Positions 33,049 to 43,957 of a DNA stretch of 64,000 nucleotides are shown here, piece by piece (position 1 is the stretch's first letter; each line of letters begins with the position of its first letter). Where the stretch lies: positions 160,001 through 224,000 of the forward strand of contig JBMORA010000009.1 in assembly GCA_049320885.1 (NCBI GenBank), written 5' to 3'. Made by a program: the position numbers and the translations under genes. Origin of the DNA: Thermodesulfobacteriota bacterium (GTDB lineage Bacteria > Desulfobacterota > Desulfobacteria > Desulfobacterales > SURF-7). The notes beneath the pieces were generated by a model. It was not told the origin of the DNA and did no database searches. It saw only the letters and a program-made list of their open reading frames with translations.

Positions 33049-33235
33049 TTCGACCACCTGTTCGTCGACCATGGTTCCAACCCCGGTTCGCACCGGAGCG
33101 ACAAAAAAAGAACCTTTTCCGTAGTTTCACCATGGATTATATTTACAGGAAGGTTTCAATCCAAGTCAAGCCATACTCGTAAAAATGAAGAATAAATCAT
33201 TGGGCTGGACATGGTTTCCATTCGGCCCGTCCGCA

Positions 33236-33278
33236 TACAATTTCGTCTTTTGCGAGTTTTTTTTATTACATTTTTGTA
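33236..33278. promoter_or_regulatory. Paired putative upstream activator sites for the glnD promoter
   Basis: TACA-ATTT-CGTC (33236) and perfect TACA-TTTT-TGTA (33267), upstream of a sigma-54 promoter with an AT-rich spacer. Confidence 0.55.
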
Positions 33279-33343
33279 TTTGATCTTCCCGAGCATGGAT
33301 GTTTCATTATATAAAAACATATAATTTCAGTATGATAAAAATT

Positions 33344-33359
33344 TGGCACAAGAGTTGCT
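33344..33359 (+). promoter_or_regulatory. Sigma-54 (-24/-12) promoter of glnD-glnB-glnA
   Basis: TGGCACAAGAGTTGCT matches TGGCAC-N5-TTGCW. Confidence 0.85.
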
Positions 33360-33393
33360 CACTGTTTTACAACAACAAAGGAACGGGAACCCC

Positions 33394-36042
33394 ATGCAGC
33401 CAGCGCACAACAATTCGGTTATTCAACTCCGGACAAAACGGGAAAAACTGATCTCCGCCTTTCTGAAAAGCGGGGATGCGGATTTTCAGTTGAAGCTGTC
33501 ATCCCTGCTGGATGAATATTTTATCCAAAGTTTTGAGCACAGCATGGTGGGGCCCCGCATGGATATTTATAAAAAGCCCTATGCCATGATCGCTCTGGGG
33601 GGGTATGGACGTCAGGAGCAATGCATCCGGTCCGACGTGGATCTGTTGTTCCTTTTCGAGAAAAATGTGCCGGCGGAGGCCGAAGAGCTGATCCGGGAGA
33701 TGATTTACCCGTTGTGGGATCTGGGAATGGAGGTCGGACACGCGACACGATCCTTGCGGGAATCCATCAAACTTGCCGGCAAGGAACTGGATGTTTTTAC
33801 CGCCATGTTGGATGCCCGCTTTCTCTGCGGGATGTCGCCGCTCTATACGGAAATGATGGAGCGCCTGTCGACGCGTCTGATCAGCGGCAATACCAACAAG
33901 CTGACCGCCGGGCTGATCGAACGCAACAGGGAGCGCCATCTCCGTTTCGGGGATTCCACCTATCGCCTGGAGCCCAATCTGAAGGAAGGACAAGGCGGTC
34001 TGAGGGATTATCATACCATGCTCTGGATCGCACGGATCAAGGGTAACCTGAAATCTCCCCGGGATTTGGAATATCATGGTTATCTGTCCCATGACGAATA
34101 TCAGTCCTTCCGGCAGGCCCTGGAATTCATCTGGCAGGTCCGAAACCGCCTGCACCAGCTGAGCGGCCGGAAAACCGACCAGCTGCATTTCGAGCATCAG
34201 CAGAAGATCGCGGAAATTTTGAAGTTCCGGGACGGAGACGGGCAACTGGCTGTGGAGCGTTTTCTCGGCTGTCTGCATGAAAAAATGGAGTATATCAAGC
34301 AGCATAACCTGGTTTTTCTGGCGGAAATGGGTTGCGGGCGAAAATCCACGATCTTTCGGCGGGCGCCGATGAAAAAAAGCAAGGTGCCGGGTCTGGAAGT
34401 GATCCGCAACATGATCAATTTTGTATCATTGGAACATATCCTGGCCGCGCCCGCGTTGCTGATCCGGATTTTCGAGGAAAGCGCCCGGCTGCAGATACCC
34501 TTGAGCTCCGAAGCGCGACGGGTAGTGCGGGAGTTTGCCTATCTCGTGAACAAACAGTTCCGCCGGGACAAGGGGAACATACGGATTTTTGAAACGATTC
34601 TGCTGACCCCGGCGGCACCCTTTAACGTGCTGAACGAAATGCTGAACACCGGCCTGCTGGTGCGCTTGATTCCGGAATTCCGAAAAATCGTCAACCGCAT
34701 TCAATTCGATGAATACCACCTGTTTCCGGTTGACCGCCATTCGCTTCATACCGTCAGGACCTTGAAGAGCTTCGGCTCCCAGGAGGAGTCTCCGGCCACG
34801 GATTTATGCCGTAGCCTGTACAAGGAACTGGGGCAGTATAAAAAGCTTTTGCTGTGGTCCGCTCTGCTCCACGATATCGGCAAGGGTGAAGAAGGGCATG
34901 GCCATTCGGCGCGAGGAGCGGAAATCGCCGGAAAGATCCTTGCCCGAACCGGGTATGACGAAGACCAGATCGCCACCGTGGTGTTTCTCGTCAAGGAGCA
35001 TCTGTTTCTGATTAAAACCGCGACCAGGCGGGACATCAACGATGAAGAGACCTCCATTTTCTGCGCCCGGCGGATCCGGGATATCCGGCTTTTAAAAATG
35101 CTGTATCTGCTGACCGTGGCCGACTCCATCGCAACCGGTCCAAAGGCGTGGAACGACTGGTCCGCGGCTCTTTTACGGGATCTCTTTTTCAAGGTGTTGA
35201 ACATTCTGGAGCAAGGTGAATTGGCTTCACGGGAAGCGGTGGAAGAGGTCCGGAAGAAAAAAATCGACATTGTGATGTCGGCTTCCACCAGGGAGGACCG
35301 GGCGGCGCTCACCAGGCATTTCGAGTTGCTGCCGCCGCGCTACCTGCTGTATACGCCTGCCGCCGTGATTCCGGTTCATATGGAGCTGTATCGCAGGCTG
35401 GGCGGCCGGGATTTCATCTGGCGCATCGATCGGGACCTGGATTTGAATACCCGTACCGTCACCATCTGCGCAAAGGATCGTCCGGGCCTTTTTTCCAGGA
35501 TATCCGGCGTATTCACTCTGAACGGCCTGGACATTCTGAATGCCGAAATTCATACCTGGAGGAAAGGCATCGCCCTGGATATTTTTACGGTCAGGCCGCC
35601 CGTGGATCTGTTTTTTGAAGAACAGCGCTGGGCCCGGGCGGAGAAACATCTGCAGGCGGCCCTGACGGGCGAACTGGATTTGGGTGCCGCCGTGCGGGAA
35701 AAAATCGAGGAGCAGAAAACCGTCGTGCGACCTATCCTGAAGCGTCCCACCAGGGTGGAGATCGACAATGAAGGATCCAGCTTTTTTACCATCGTGGAGG
35801 TGTTTACCCATGATGCCCCCGGGTTGCTTTTCCGCATCACGGATGTTCTGTTCAAGCAGGAGCTGGATGTATGGATAGCAAAAATCGCCACGAAAGTGGA
35901 CCAGGTGGTGGACGTTTTTTACGTGCGGGATTTGTTCGGGCAAAAAGTGGATGATCCCCACCGGGTGGAGCGGGTCAGGTTGGAAATTGAAAACGCGCTT
36001 GCCAGCATGGTCGGCTGGCCGGAAGAGCGCATGGCCGTTTGA
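33394..36042 (+). CDS. glnD: [Protein-PII] uridylyltransferase
   Basis: ALGGYGR..SDVDL, EPNLKEGQGGLRD, YHLFPVDRH, LLHDIGKG, two ACT domains; TTG 33343 lies inside the promoter, so start set at ATG 33394. Confidence 0.96.
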   Translation: MQPAHNNSVIQLRTKREKLISAFLKSGDADFQLKLSSLLDEYFIQSFEHSMVGPRMDIYKKPYAMIALGGYGRQEQCIRSDVDLLFLFEKNVPAEAEELIREMIYPLWDLGMEVGHATRSLRESIKLAGKELDVFTAMLDARFLCGMSPLYTEMMERLSTRLISGNTNKLTAGLIERNRERHLRFGDSTYRLEPNLKEGQGGLRDYHTMLWIARIKGNLKSPRDLEYHGYLSHDEYQSFRQALEFIWQVRNRLHQLSGRKTDQLHFEHQQKIAEILKFRDGDGQLAVERFLGCLHEKMEYIKQHNLVFLAEMGCGRKSTIFRRAPMKKSKVPGLEVIRNMINFVSLEHILAAPALLIRIFEESARLQIPLSSEARRVVREFAYLVNKQFRRDKGNIRIFETILLTPAAPFNVLNEMLNTGLLVRLIPEFRKIVNRIQFDEYHLFPVDRHSLHTVRTLKSFGSQEESPATDLCRSLYKELGQYKKLLLWSALLHDIGKGEEGHGHSARGAEIAGKILARTGYDEDQIATVVFLVKEHLFLIKTATRRDINDEETSIFCARRIRDIRLLKMLYLLTVADSIATGPKAWNDWSAALLRDLFFKVLNILEQGELASREAVEEVRKKKIDIVMSASTREDRAALTRHFELLPPRYLLYTPAAVIPVHMELYRRLGGRDFIWRIDRDLDLNTRTVTICAKDRPGLFSRISGVFTLNGLDILNAEIHTWRKGIALDIFTVRPPVDLFFEEQRWARAEKHLQAALTGELDLGAAVREKIEEQKTVVRPILKRPTRVEIDNEGSSFFTIVEVFTHDAPGLLFRITDVLFKQELDVWIAKIATKVDQVVDVFYVRDLFGQKVDDPHRVERVRLEIENALASMVGWPEERMAV

Positions 36043-36162
36043 AATCGACAGGACTGTCGCCGCTGTCGGTGGTACAAGAGAATGATTGCGGCTGCACGCG
36101 GCTTTATGGTAAGAATCGCAATTATTCTCCCTACACCCATTCCATCAGGCCGGTTCCGGTGA

Positions 36163-36576
<414 letters not shown>

Positions 36577-36677
36577 CCCCGGCAACCGGCGTGTCAGGTG
36601 GCTTGCCGGAAGCAATTCCCTCGGGTGGCAATCGATATGGGCTGATTTATAACAAATGGATGAAGGAGGATAATTAA

Positions 36678-38090
36678 ATGACAGTAAAAGATGTTTTTCA
36701 AATGGCAAAAGAGAACGGCGCCAAGGTCGTCGACATTCGTTTCATGGATTTTCCCGGTATCTGGCAGCATTTTTCCGTGCCCATCTGTGAGCTGGAGGAA
36801 TCCAATTTCGAAGACGGCTATGGTTTCGATGGCTCCAGTATTCGCGGCTGGCAACCCATCAACATGAGCGATATGCTGGTCATCCCGGATCCGGCAACGG
36901 CGAAAATGGATCCCTTTTTTAAAGAGCCCACGCTCGTGTTGATCGGCGACATCGTCGATCCCATCACCCGCGCGCCCTATACCCGCGACCCGCGCAATAT
37001 CGCCAAGAAAGCCGAGGCTTTTCTGAAGAGCACCGGCATCGGTGATACAGCTTTCATCGGTCCGGAGGCCGAGTTTTTCATTTTCGACAGCGTGCGCTTC
37101 GAATCGTCCCGCAATCTGGCTTTTTATGAAGTGGATTCCGTGGAAGGCGTCTGGAACAGCGCCAGGGAGGAAGCACCCAATCTGGGCTACAAACCCAGGC
37201 TGAAGGAAGGATATTTTCCGGTTCCGCCCACGGATAAATTCCAGGATTTGCGCTCTGAGATGATGCTGACCTTGGAAAAACTGGGTATCGATGTGGAATG
37301 CCAGCATCATGAGGTGGCCACGGCCGGTCAGGCGGAAATCGACATGCGCTTCAAGCCCCTGCTGCAGATGGGCGACCAGCTGGTCTGGTTCAAATATGTG
37401 CTGAAAAATGTCGCTGTCCGCAACGGCCATACCGTGACCTTCATGCCCAAACCGCTTTTCGAAGACAACGGCAGCGGCATGCACACCCACCTGAGCATCT
37501 GGAAGGGCGGCAAGCCGCTCTTTGCCGGAGACAAATACGCCGGCGTTTCCCAGGAAGCCCTCTGGGCCATCGGCGGCATCCTGAAACACTGCAAAGCGCT
37601 TTGCGCCATCACCAATCCCACCACCAACTCTTATAAACGCCTGGTGCCGGGATTCGAGGCGCCGGTGAATCTGGCTTATTCCAGCCGTAACCGTAGCGCC
37701 GCCATCCGTATCCCCATGTACAGCTCCTCGCCCAAGGCCAAACGCATCGAATTCCGTACCCCGGATCCCTCCTGCAACGGATATATGGCTTTCTCCGCCA
37801 TCCTGATGGCGGCGATCGACGGCATTGAGAACAAGATCGATCCGGGACAGCCGCTGGACAAGAATATTTATGACCTTCCGCCGGAAGAGCTGGCCATGGT
37901 TCCCTCGGCCCCGGGCTCGCTGGATGAAGCCATGGCGGCCCTGAAGGAAGACTGCGGCTTTTTGCTGAAAGGCGATGTTTTCACCAAGGATGTCATCGAG
38001 ACCTGGATCGACTACAAGATCAAGCATGAAGCCGACGCCGTCAGGTTGCGGCCACATCCCCATGAGTTCTTCCTGTATTTCGATATTTGA
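36678..38090 (+). CDS. glnA: Glutamine synthetase type I
   Basis: [47 protein letters not shown] adenylylation site. Confidence 0.98.
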   Translation: MTVKDVFQMAKENGAKVVDIRFMDFPGIWQHFSVPICELEESNFEDGYGFDGSSIRGWQPINMSDMLVIPDPATAKMDPFFKEPTLVLIGDIVDPITRAPYTRDPRNIAKKAEAFLKSTGIGDTAFIGPEAEFFIFDSVRFESSRNLAFYEVDSVEGVWNSAREEAPNLGYKPRLKEGYFPVPPTDKFQDLRSEMMLTLEKLGIDVECQHHEVATAGQAEIDMRFKPLLQMGDQLVWFKYVLKNVAVRNGHTVTFMPKPLFEDNGSGMHTHLSIWKGGKPLFAGDKYAGVSQEALWAIGGILKHCKALCAITNPTTNSYKRLVPGFEAPVNLAYSSRNRSAAIRIPMYSSSPKAKRIEFRTPDPSCNGYMAFSAILMAAIDGIENKIDPGQPLDKNIYDLPPEELAMVPSAPGSLDEAMAALKEDCGFLLKGDVFTKDVIETWIDYKIKHEADAVRLRPHPHEFFLYFDI

Positions 38091-38112
38091 TTTTAATTCG
38101 AAATCACTCTCC

Positions 38113-38144
38113 AAAAGCCCGTCGCGTCAGCGATGGGCTTTTTT
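38113..38144 (+). terminator. Rho-independent terminator after glnA
   Basis: AAAAGCCCGTCGC-GTCA-GCGATGGGC-TTTTTT hairpin with U-tract. Confidence 0.85.
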
Positions 38145-38326
38145 GTTTTCAATCGCCTTTCTCGCTGCTTCTTCCATCCCATGAAAACAGAAAACAAGGT
38201 CGCGCCTGGAGACCAAAGGGATCCGTGCGGTTGTCGAAATGATCATCCATTACCGGACATGGCTATTTCAGGTTCGGGCGAAGCAGACAATGCCAAAATC
38301 ATTACGTTGGAAAATACAATCAAAAT

Positions 38327-38367
38327 AACATATTTGTATGCTTAAATCATTTTTAAACAAATATGTA
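38327..38367. promoter_or_regulatory. Paired putative upstream activator sites for the glnK-amtB promoter
   Basis: AACA-TATT-TGTA (38327) and AACA-AATA-TGTA (38356), about 100-130 bp upstream of the -24 box. Confidence 0.6.
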
Positions 38368-38426
38368 TTTTTTTATTCGATTGGCTCTCGCTTTGGTAAA
38401 TTATTTTTATATTAAATATCGATTAG

Positions 38427-38864
<438 letters not shown>

Positions 38865-38897
38865 CCCACCATACCATTACGAAAAAGGAATAGACGG

Positions 38898-40193
38898 ATG
38901 AAACGAATATCATTTTTTACAGTATTGACAAGCTTGCTCTGGAATGTTCCGATGGCGTTTGCGGCCGAGGCGACGCTGAATTCGGGCGATACTGCCTGGG
39001 TGACGGTATCCACGGCCCTGGTGATGATGATGACCCCAGCCGGCCTGGCGCTGTTTTACGGCGGCATGTCCCGCTACAAGAACCTGCTGAACACTTTTGC
39101 CATGACCATCGCTTCCTATTGCGTGGGCAGCATCGTCTGGGTCGTGTGGGGATACACCCTGGCCTTTGGTCCGGACACATCCGGCGTCATCGGTAACCTC
39201 AAGCATCTTTTCATGGCAGGCATCGGTGTTTCCAGCCTGACCGGAACAATTCCGACCTTTGTGTTTGCCCTTTTTCAGATGACTTTTGCCTGCATCACCG
39301 TGGCCCTGGTGCTGGGATCCATCGTGGACCGGATGAAATTCTCGGCTTGGCTGGTGTTCAGTGTGTTGTGGATCACCGTGGTTTACTGCCCCATCGCCCA
39401 CTGGGTCTGGGGTGGCGGCTGGATGGCCACCATGGGGGCCCTGGATTTCGCGGGCGGCAACGTGGTTCACATCAACGCCGGTGTCGCCGGTCTTGTCCTG
39501 GCGCTGGTTCTGGGCAAGCGGATCGGTTACGGCAAGGAAGCCATGTTTCCCTCGAGCATCTCCCTCACGGCGCTCGGGGCGGGATTGCTCTGGTTCGGCT
39601 GGTTCGGATTCAATGCCGGCAGCCGCCTGGCGGCGGACGGTGTGGCCGCATCGGCCTTTCTGGCGACCAACACGTCGGCAGCCATGGCTGGAATCGCGTG
39701 GATGCTGGCGGAATGGATCCATAACAAAAAACCCACCGTGCTGGGAATCGCTTCCGGCATCGTGGCCGGCCTCGTCGCCATCACTCCAGCGTCCGGCTAT
39801 GTCAATCTGCTGGGAGCCTTGATCATCGGACTTCTCGCCGGCGTGCTGGGCTTTTTCAGCGTCGCGATCCTGAAGCACAAAATCGGCTATGACGATTCCC
39901 TGGATGCCTTCGGTGTTCACGGCATGTGCGGCATGCTGGGGGCGATAGCCACTGGGCTTTTCGCTGATCCGGCGGTTATGGAAAACACGGCGGGTTTGTT
40001 TTACGGCAACCCCAAACAGTTGTGGATACAGGTCGTTTCCATAGCCGCCACTGCTGCATACACGGCTGTCGGCACCTTCATCGTGATAACCGTTACCGGC
40101 AAGCTGACGGGCGGGCTGCGGGTGAGCCGCGACGAAGAAGTTCTGGGTCTGGACAATGCCATTCACGGAGAGCGTGCGTTTGAAATCGATTAA
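38898..40193 (+). CDS. amtB: Ammonium transporter
   Basis: PAGLALFYGG, FQMTFA, AHWVW, DFAGGNVVH, WFGWFGFNAG, DDSLDAFGVHG, HGERA. Confidence 0.97.
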   Translation: MKRISFFTVLTSLLWNVPMAFAAEATLNSGDTAWVTVSTALVMMMTPAGLALFYGGMSRYKNLLNTFAMTIASYCVGSIVWVVWGYTLAFGPDTSGVIGNLKHLFMAGIGVSSLTGTIPTFVFALFQMTFACITVALVLGSIVDRMKFSAWLVFSVLWITVVYCPIAHWVWGGGWMATMGALDFAGGNVVHINAGVAGLVLALVLGKRIGYGKEAMFPSSISLTALGAGLLWFGWFGFNAGSRLAADGVAASAFLATNTSAAMAGIAWMLAEWIHNKKPTVLGIASGIVAGLVAITPASGYVNLLGALIIGLLAGVLGFFSVAILKHKIGYDDSLDAFGVHGMCGMLGAIATGLFADPAVMENTAGLFYGNPKQLWIQVVSIAATAAYTAVGTFIVITVTGKLTGGLRVSRDEEVLGLDNAIHGERAFEID

Positions 40194-40273
40194 CGGCGTG
40201 ATCAACGCCGGGCGAGCCCATTTCCAGATTGAATTCTCCCATATCATCAGCATTAATATTCCCCGCCGTTGAT

Positions 40274-40312
40274 ATGATCCCCCGGATGTCCGCAGGGCAT
40301 CCGGGGGATCAT
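40274..40312. terminator. 18-bp-stem hairpin between convergent amtB and SDR genes
   Basis: ATGATCCCCCGGATGTCC-GCA-GGGCATCCGGGGGATCAT (one G-U pair); overlaps the SDR stop codon; no U-tract. Confidence 0.6.
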
Positions 40313-41055
40313 CCCGCCAGTTTGGCGATCAAGCCCGTGGGAAGGAGTTTCAGCAGCACGCCGATGAAATTCCAGGGAAAGACAGGGACGGTGGATCGCT
40401 TCACCTTCTTTTCAATCAGATCGGCGATAATGGATGCGCCCTTTTCCACGGAAATCAAAAACGGCCGGCTGGGCAGCATGTTGTTGAGCGGGGTGTCGAT
40501 ATAGCCCGGATACAGAACGGTGATGTCGATATTCTTCCCGTATAGCTCGGCGCGCAGGGCTTCCAGGTAGACGGCCAGTCCGGCTTTGGAGGCGCTGTAA
40601 GCCGCGCTGCGCGGCATCCCCCGGAAGGCCGCCACTGACGAAACACCGACGATATGGCCGGAACCGCGTTTGATAAAAAGGGCGGCGGCCGCGTCGATGG
40701 TGGCGGCGGCGCCCAGCAGGTTGGTCAGCAGGGTGGTTTTCGATTTTTCAAACTGGCCGTTGCCGACCTTTTCTCCCAACCCCACCCCCGCGTTTACGAA
40801 GACGATGTCCACGCCGCCCAGGTTTTCATCGATGGCCCGGATGGCGCCCGGAACAGCGTCGCAATCGGTGACATCCACGGGCTGAATGACGACCGTGAGT
40901 TTTGGATGGCGCTTCCGGATATCTTCACGAACCTGTTCCAGCACTTCCCTTCGTCTGGCGGCGAGTCCCAGCGCGTACCCTCTGCCGGCCATTTCGACGG
41001 CAAGGGCTTTGCCGATACCGGAAGTGGCTCCGGTGATCAGTATGGTACGGGGCAT
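40309..41055 (-). CDS. Short-chain dehydrogenase/reductase
   Basis: TGATSGIG, NAG, YSASK, PGYIDT. Confidence 0.93.
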   Translation of the reverse strand: MPRTILITGATSGIGKALAVEMAGRGYALGLAARRREVLEQVREDIRKRHPKLTVVIQPVDVTDCDAVPGAIRAIDENLGGVDIVFVNAGVGLGEKVGNGQFEKSKTTLLTNLLGAAATIDAAAALFIKRGSGHIVGVSSVAAFRGMPRSAAYSASKAGLAVYLEALRAELYGKNIDITVLYPGYIDTPLNNMLPSRPFLISVEKGASIIADLIEKKVKRSTVPVFPWNFIGVLLKLLPTGLIAKLAG

Positions 41056-41279
41056 GGCGGTTTCCTTTCGTTATGGTGGAATTCTGAATTGCTTCTATGG
41101 CAAATCCGACCCGGCATCAAGATTTTTCTTGTTGAGTTTCACCCTTCAAACGCCGGTGGTGTGTTTTGTTACCTGCGATAACCCTGACGCGGAAAATCCT
41201 CCAGCCTTGACTTTGGGAAACCGCAAGCGTATGAACAAGGGAAACAGATGCCATGAAAGAGTATCGGAAAGGACAAGGT

Positions 41280-42773
41280 ATGACCGTCTATGATGCGGTA
41301 GTCATTGGAGCGGGAAACGGTGGATTGACGGCGGCCCTCACCCTCGCCAAGGCGGGGCGGAAAATTCTACTGCTGGAACGACATAACGTGCCCGGGGGAT
41401 GCGCCACCAGTTTTGTCCGGGGACGGTTCGAATTCGAAGTCGCCCTCCATCAGCTCAGCGGTCTGGGTTCGGAGACGCGGCCCGGGCCGTTGCGGGCGAT
41501 CCTGACGGAAATGGGGGTTGTCGACAAACTTTCGTTCGTGGAAATGCAGGACCTCTATCGGGTCACGTATCCGGGCCTTGTGGATCTCACCCTGAAAGCG
41601 GAGCGGGAAGCGGTTATCGAAACCCTGCAACAGCGATTTCCCAAGGAACGGGACGCCATCGTCAGGTTCTTCGATCTGGTCTATGGATTCAGCCTCCAGC
41701 TTGTTCAGGGCGTTTTTTTCCGTGACCCGCAGATTTCCAGGGAAAAATATCCGCTGTATTTTCAATATGCCTTCCGGAACACCCAGGAAGTCCTGGATGA
41801 GCATTTTGCCGATCCGTTGCTGAAAGCCATTCTGAGTATTTACTGGGGGTATGTCGGTGTTCCGCCCAGCCGGCTGCCCTTTGGTGATCTGGCGGTCATT
41901 CTGTGGGCCTATATCGAATTCAAACCCTACCATCTGAAAGGTGGCTCCCAGGCCCTTTCCAACGCCCTGCTGGATACGTTTCTGCAACTGGGCGGCGAAG
42001 TCCGTTTCAACTGCGCCGCAGGCAAAATTCTTGTCGAGGACGGCGCGGTGAAAGGGGTTGTAACGGAGCATGGCGACCGGATCGATACCCGCTACGTGGT
42101 TTCCAACGCCAGCATGCTTCAGACCTATATCGATCTCATGGACCCCGAGGAAGTCCCCGACAGCCAGTTCGAGTACTTCCGGAGCAAGACCATCGGTCCG
42201 TCGGCCTTCACCATCTACCTGGGACTGGATTGCGAACCTGCCGAGCTCGGCATAAAGGAGGCGACCAATTTCATCCTGACCACCACGGACATGAACCGGG
42301 CCTTTGAATTATGGAAAACCCTGGAACCGCAAAAATGGGCGCTGTTCACCTGCTACGATGTTCCCGACCCGGACTTTTCGCCTCCGGGCGCCTGTCAGGC
42401 CGCCCTGGTATCCCTGCAGTACGCCGATCCCTGGTATCGCGTTCCACCCGCGCAATATACGGAAACGAAATATCGTTACGCGGAGGAACTGCTGAAACTG
42501 GCGGAAAAGTTGTTTCCGAATCTGAGGAGCCACATCGAGGAAGCGGAAGTCGCCTCGCCGCTCACCCACCTCCGCTATTTGGGGCACCCGGGCGGCGCCA
42601 TCTACGGCTTCGATCAGTATGCCAAGGATTCGCCGTATTTCCGGTCGGATAAATCCTCCATCCAAGGACTGTATCATGCAGGCGCTTGGGCGGCGGGCGG
42701 CGGATTTCAGCCCACCCTGACGTCGGGCCGTTCGACGGCCCGGGCGATCCTGAAGTCGATGAACAACAAATGA
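41280..42773 (+). CDS. Phytoene desaturase / retinol saturase-family FAD oxidoreductase
   Basis: YDAVVIGAGNGG, ERHNVPGGCATSF, KGGSQALS, SPLTH..Y, GAIYG, GLYHAGAW; RBS before ATG 41280. Confidence 0.85.
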   Translation: MTVYDAVVIGAGNGGLTAALTLAKAGRKILLLERHNVPGGCATSFVRGRFEFEVALHQLSGLGSETRPGPLRAILTEMGVVDKLSFVEMQDLYRVTYPGLVDLTLKAEREAVIETLQQRFPKERDAIVRFFDLVYGFSLQLVQGVFFRDPQISREKYPLYFQYAFRNTQEVLDEHFADPLLKAILSIYWGYVGVPPSRLPFGDLAVILWAYIEFKPYHLKGGSQALSNALLDTFLQLGGEVRFNCAAGKILVEDGAVKGVVTEHGDRIDTRYVVSNASMLQTYIDLMDPEEVPDSQFEYFRSKTIGPSAFTIYLGLDCEPAELGIKEATNFILTTTDMNRAFELWKTLEPQKWALFTCYDVPDPDFSPPGACQAALVSLQYADPWYRVPPAQYTETKYRYAEELLKLAEKLFPNLRSHIEEAEVASPLTHLRYLGHPGGAIYGFDQYAKDSPYFRSDKSSIQGLYHAGAWAAGGGFQPTLTSGRSTARAILKSMNNK

Positions 42774-42786
42774 GGACGATACGATC

Positions 42787-43950
42787 ATGGCGCTAAAGGA
42801 TGTGGTTCAAGAAATAGAAGGATACCGGGAGATCGAGGGCGAAATCCGGGTGCTGAAAAAATACGGCTCCGATTATAAATCCTCGAAAGGGGTGGTGGAT
42901 CAGATCATCGCGCAGTTGCATCCCCCCAAGATCGTCCTGAAGCTTACCGAAATCATCCCGGAAACGGATTCGACCCGCACCTTGCGCTTCACGGGAAAAA
43001 ATCACAACCTGCCGCCCTTCCAGGCCGGCCAATACCTGAATCTGTTCGTGGATGTCCATGGAATCCGAACGAGCAGACCGTACAGCATTTCTTCTCCGCC
43101 CACCCGCACCGGATACTATGATGTCACCATCCGCCGCGTCGCCGAAGGATTTGTATCGAGCTACCTTCTGGACGAATTGAAGGTCGGCGACGAACTGGAA
43201 AGCACCTCCCCGTCCGGGAATTTCACCTACAATCCCCTGTTTCACGGCCAGGATCTCGTATTTCTTGCGGGGGGAAGCGGCATCACTCCCTTTATGAGCA
43301 TGATCCGGGAAGCGGCGGAAAGGGGGCTGACATCCAGGCGGATTCAACTCCTTTACGGCAGCCGGAGCGAGATGGACGTGATATTTCAGGACGAGTTGAC
43401 GGCCATCGCCGGCCGTCACGCCAATATTTCCTGGAAACCGGTGATCTCGGATCCTGCCAGGGACTACCGGGGCGCCAGGGGTCTTTTGACCGCGGAGACG
43501 ATCCGGGAGACCGTGGGGCCGCCCGCCGCTAAAACTTTCTATATCTGCGGCCCGGAAATCATGTATGATTTTTGCCGCCGGGAGCTGGTCCAACTAGGGG
43601 TTCCAAGGGCGAAGATCCGTGTGGAAGCCTATGGTCCTCCAAGTGATGTGACCCGGCAGCCCGGCTGGCCGCCGGAAATCGGACCGGGGGACATGTTCAC
43701 GGTGACCTTGCGGGGCGGAAAAAGCATCCCGGCCAAGGCGGCAGAGCCCCTGATGAACGCTCTTGAGAGACAGGGTATCGTGGTTCCCGCTTCCTGCCGA
43801 TCCGGGGAATGCAGCCTGTGCCGCACCAAAATGCTGTCCGGAAAGGTTTTTCATCCCCAGGGCGTGCGTCTCCGGAAATCGGACCGGCAGTTCGGCTACA
43901 TTCATCCCTGCATGGCCTATCCGCTGAGCGATCTGGAAATCCTGTTGTGA
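42787..43950 (+). CDS. FNR-type FAD/NAD(P)H reductase with C-terminal [2Fe-2S] domain (PaaE/KshB/Hcr-like)
   Basis: FQAGQY, RPYSISS, AGGSGITP, YICGP, CRSGECSLC...C. Confidence 0.9.
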   Translation: MALKDVVQEIEGYREIEGEIRVLKKYGSDYKSSKGVVDQIIAQLHPPKIVLKLTEIIPETDSTRTLRFTGKNHNLPPFQAGQYLNLFVDVHGIRTSRPYSISSPPTRTGYYDVTIRRVAEGFVSSYLLDELKVGDELESTSPSGNFTYNPLFHGQDLVFLAGGSGITPFMSMIREAAERGLTSRRIQLLYGSRSEMDVIFQDELTAIAGRHANISWKPVISDPARDYRGARGLLTAETIRETVGPPAAKTFYICGPEIMYDFCRRELVQLGVPRAKIRVEAYGPPSDVTRQPGWPPEIGPGDMFTVTLRGGKSIPAKAAEPLMNALERQGIVVPASCRSGECSLCRTKMLSGKVFHPQGVRLRKSDRQFGYIHPCMAYPLSDLEILL

Positions 43951-43957
43951 TCCGGCA

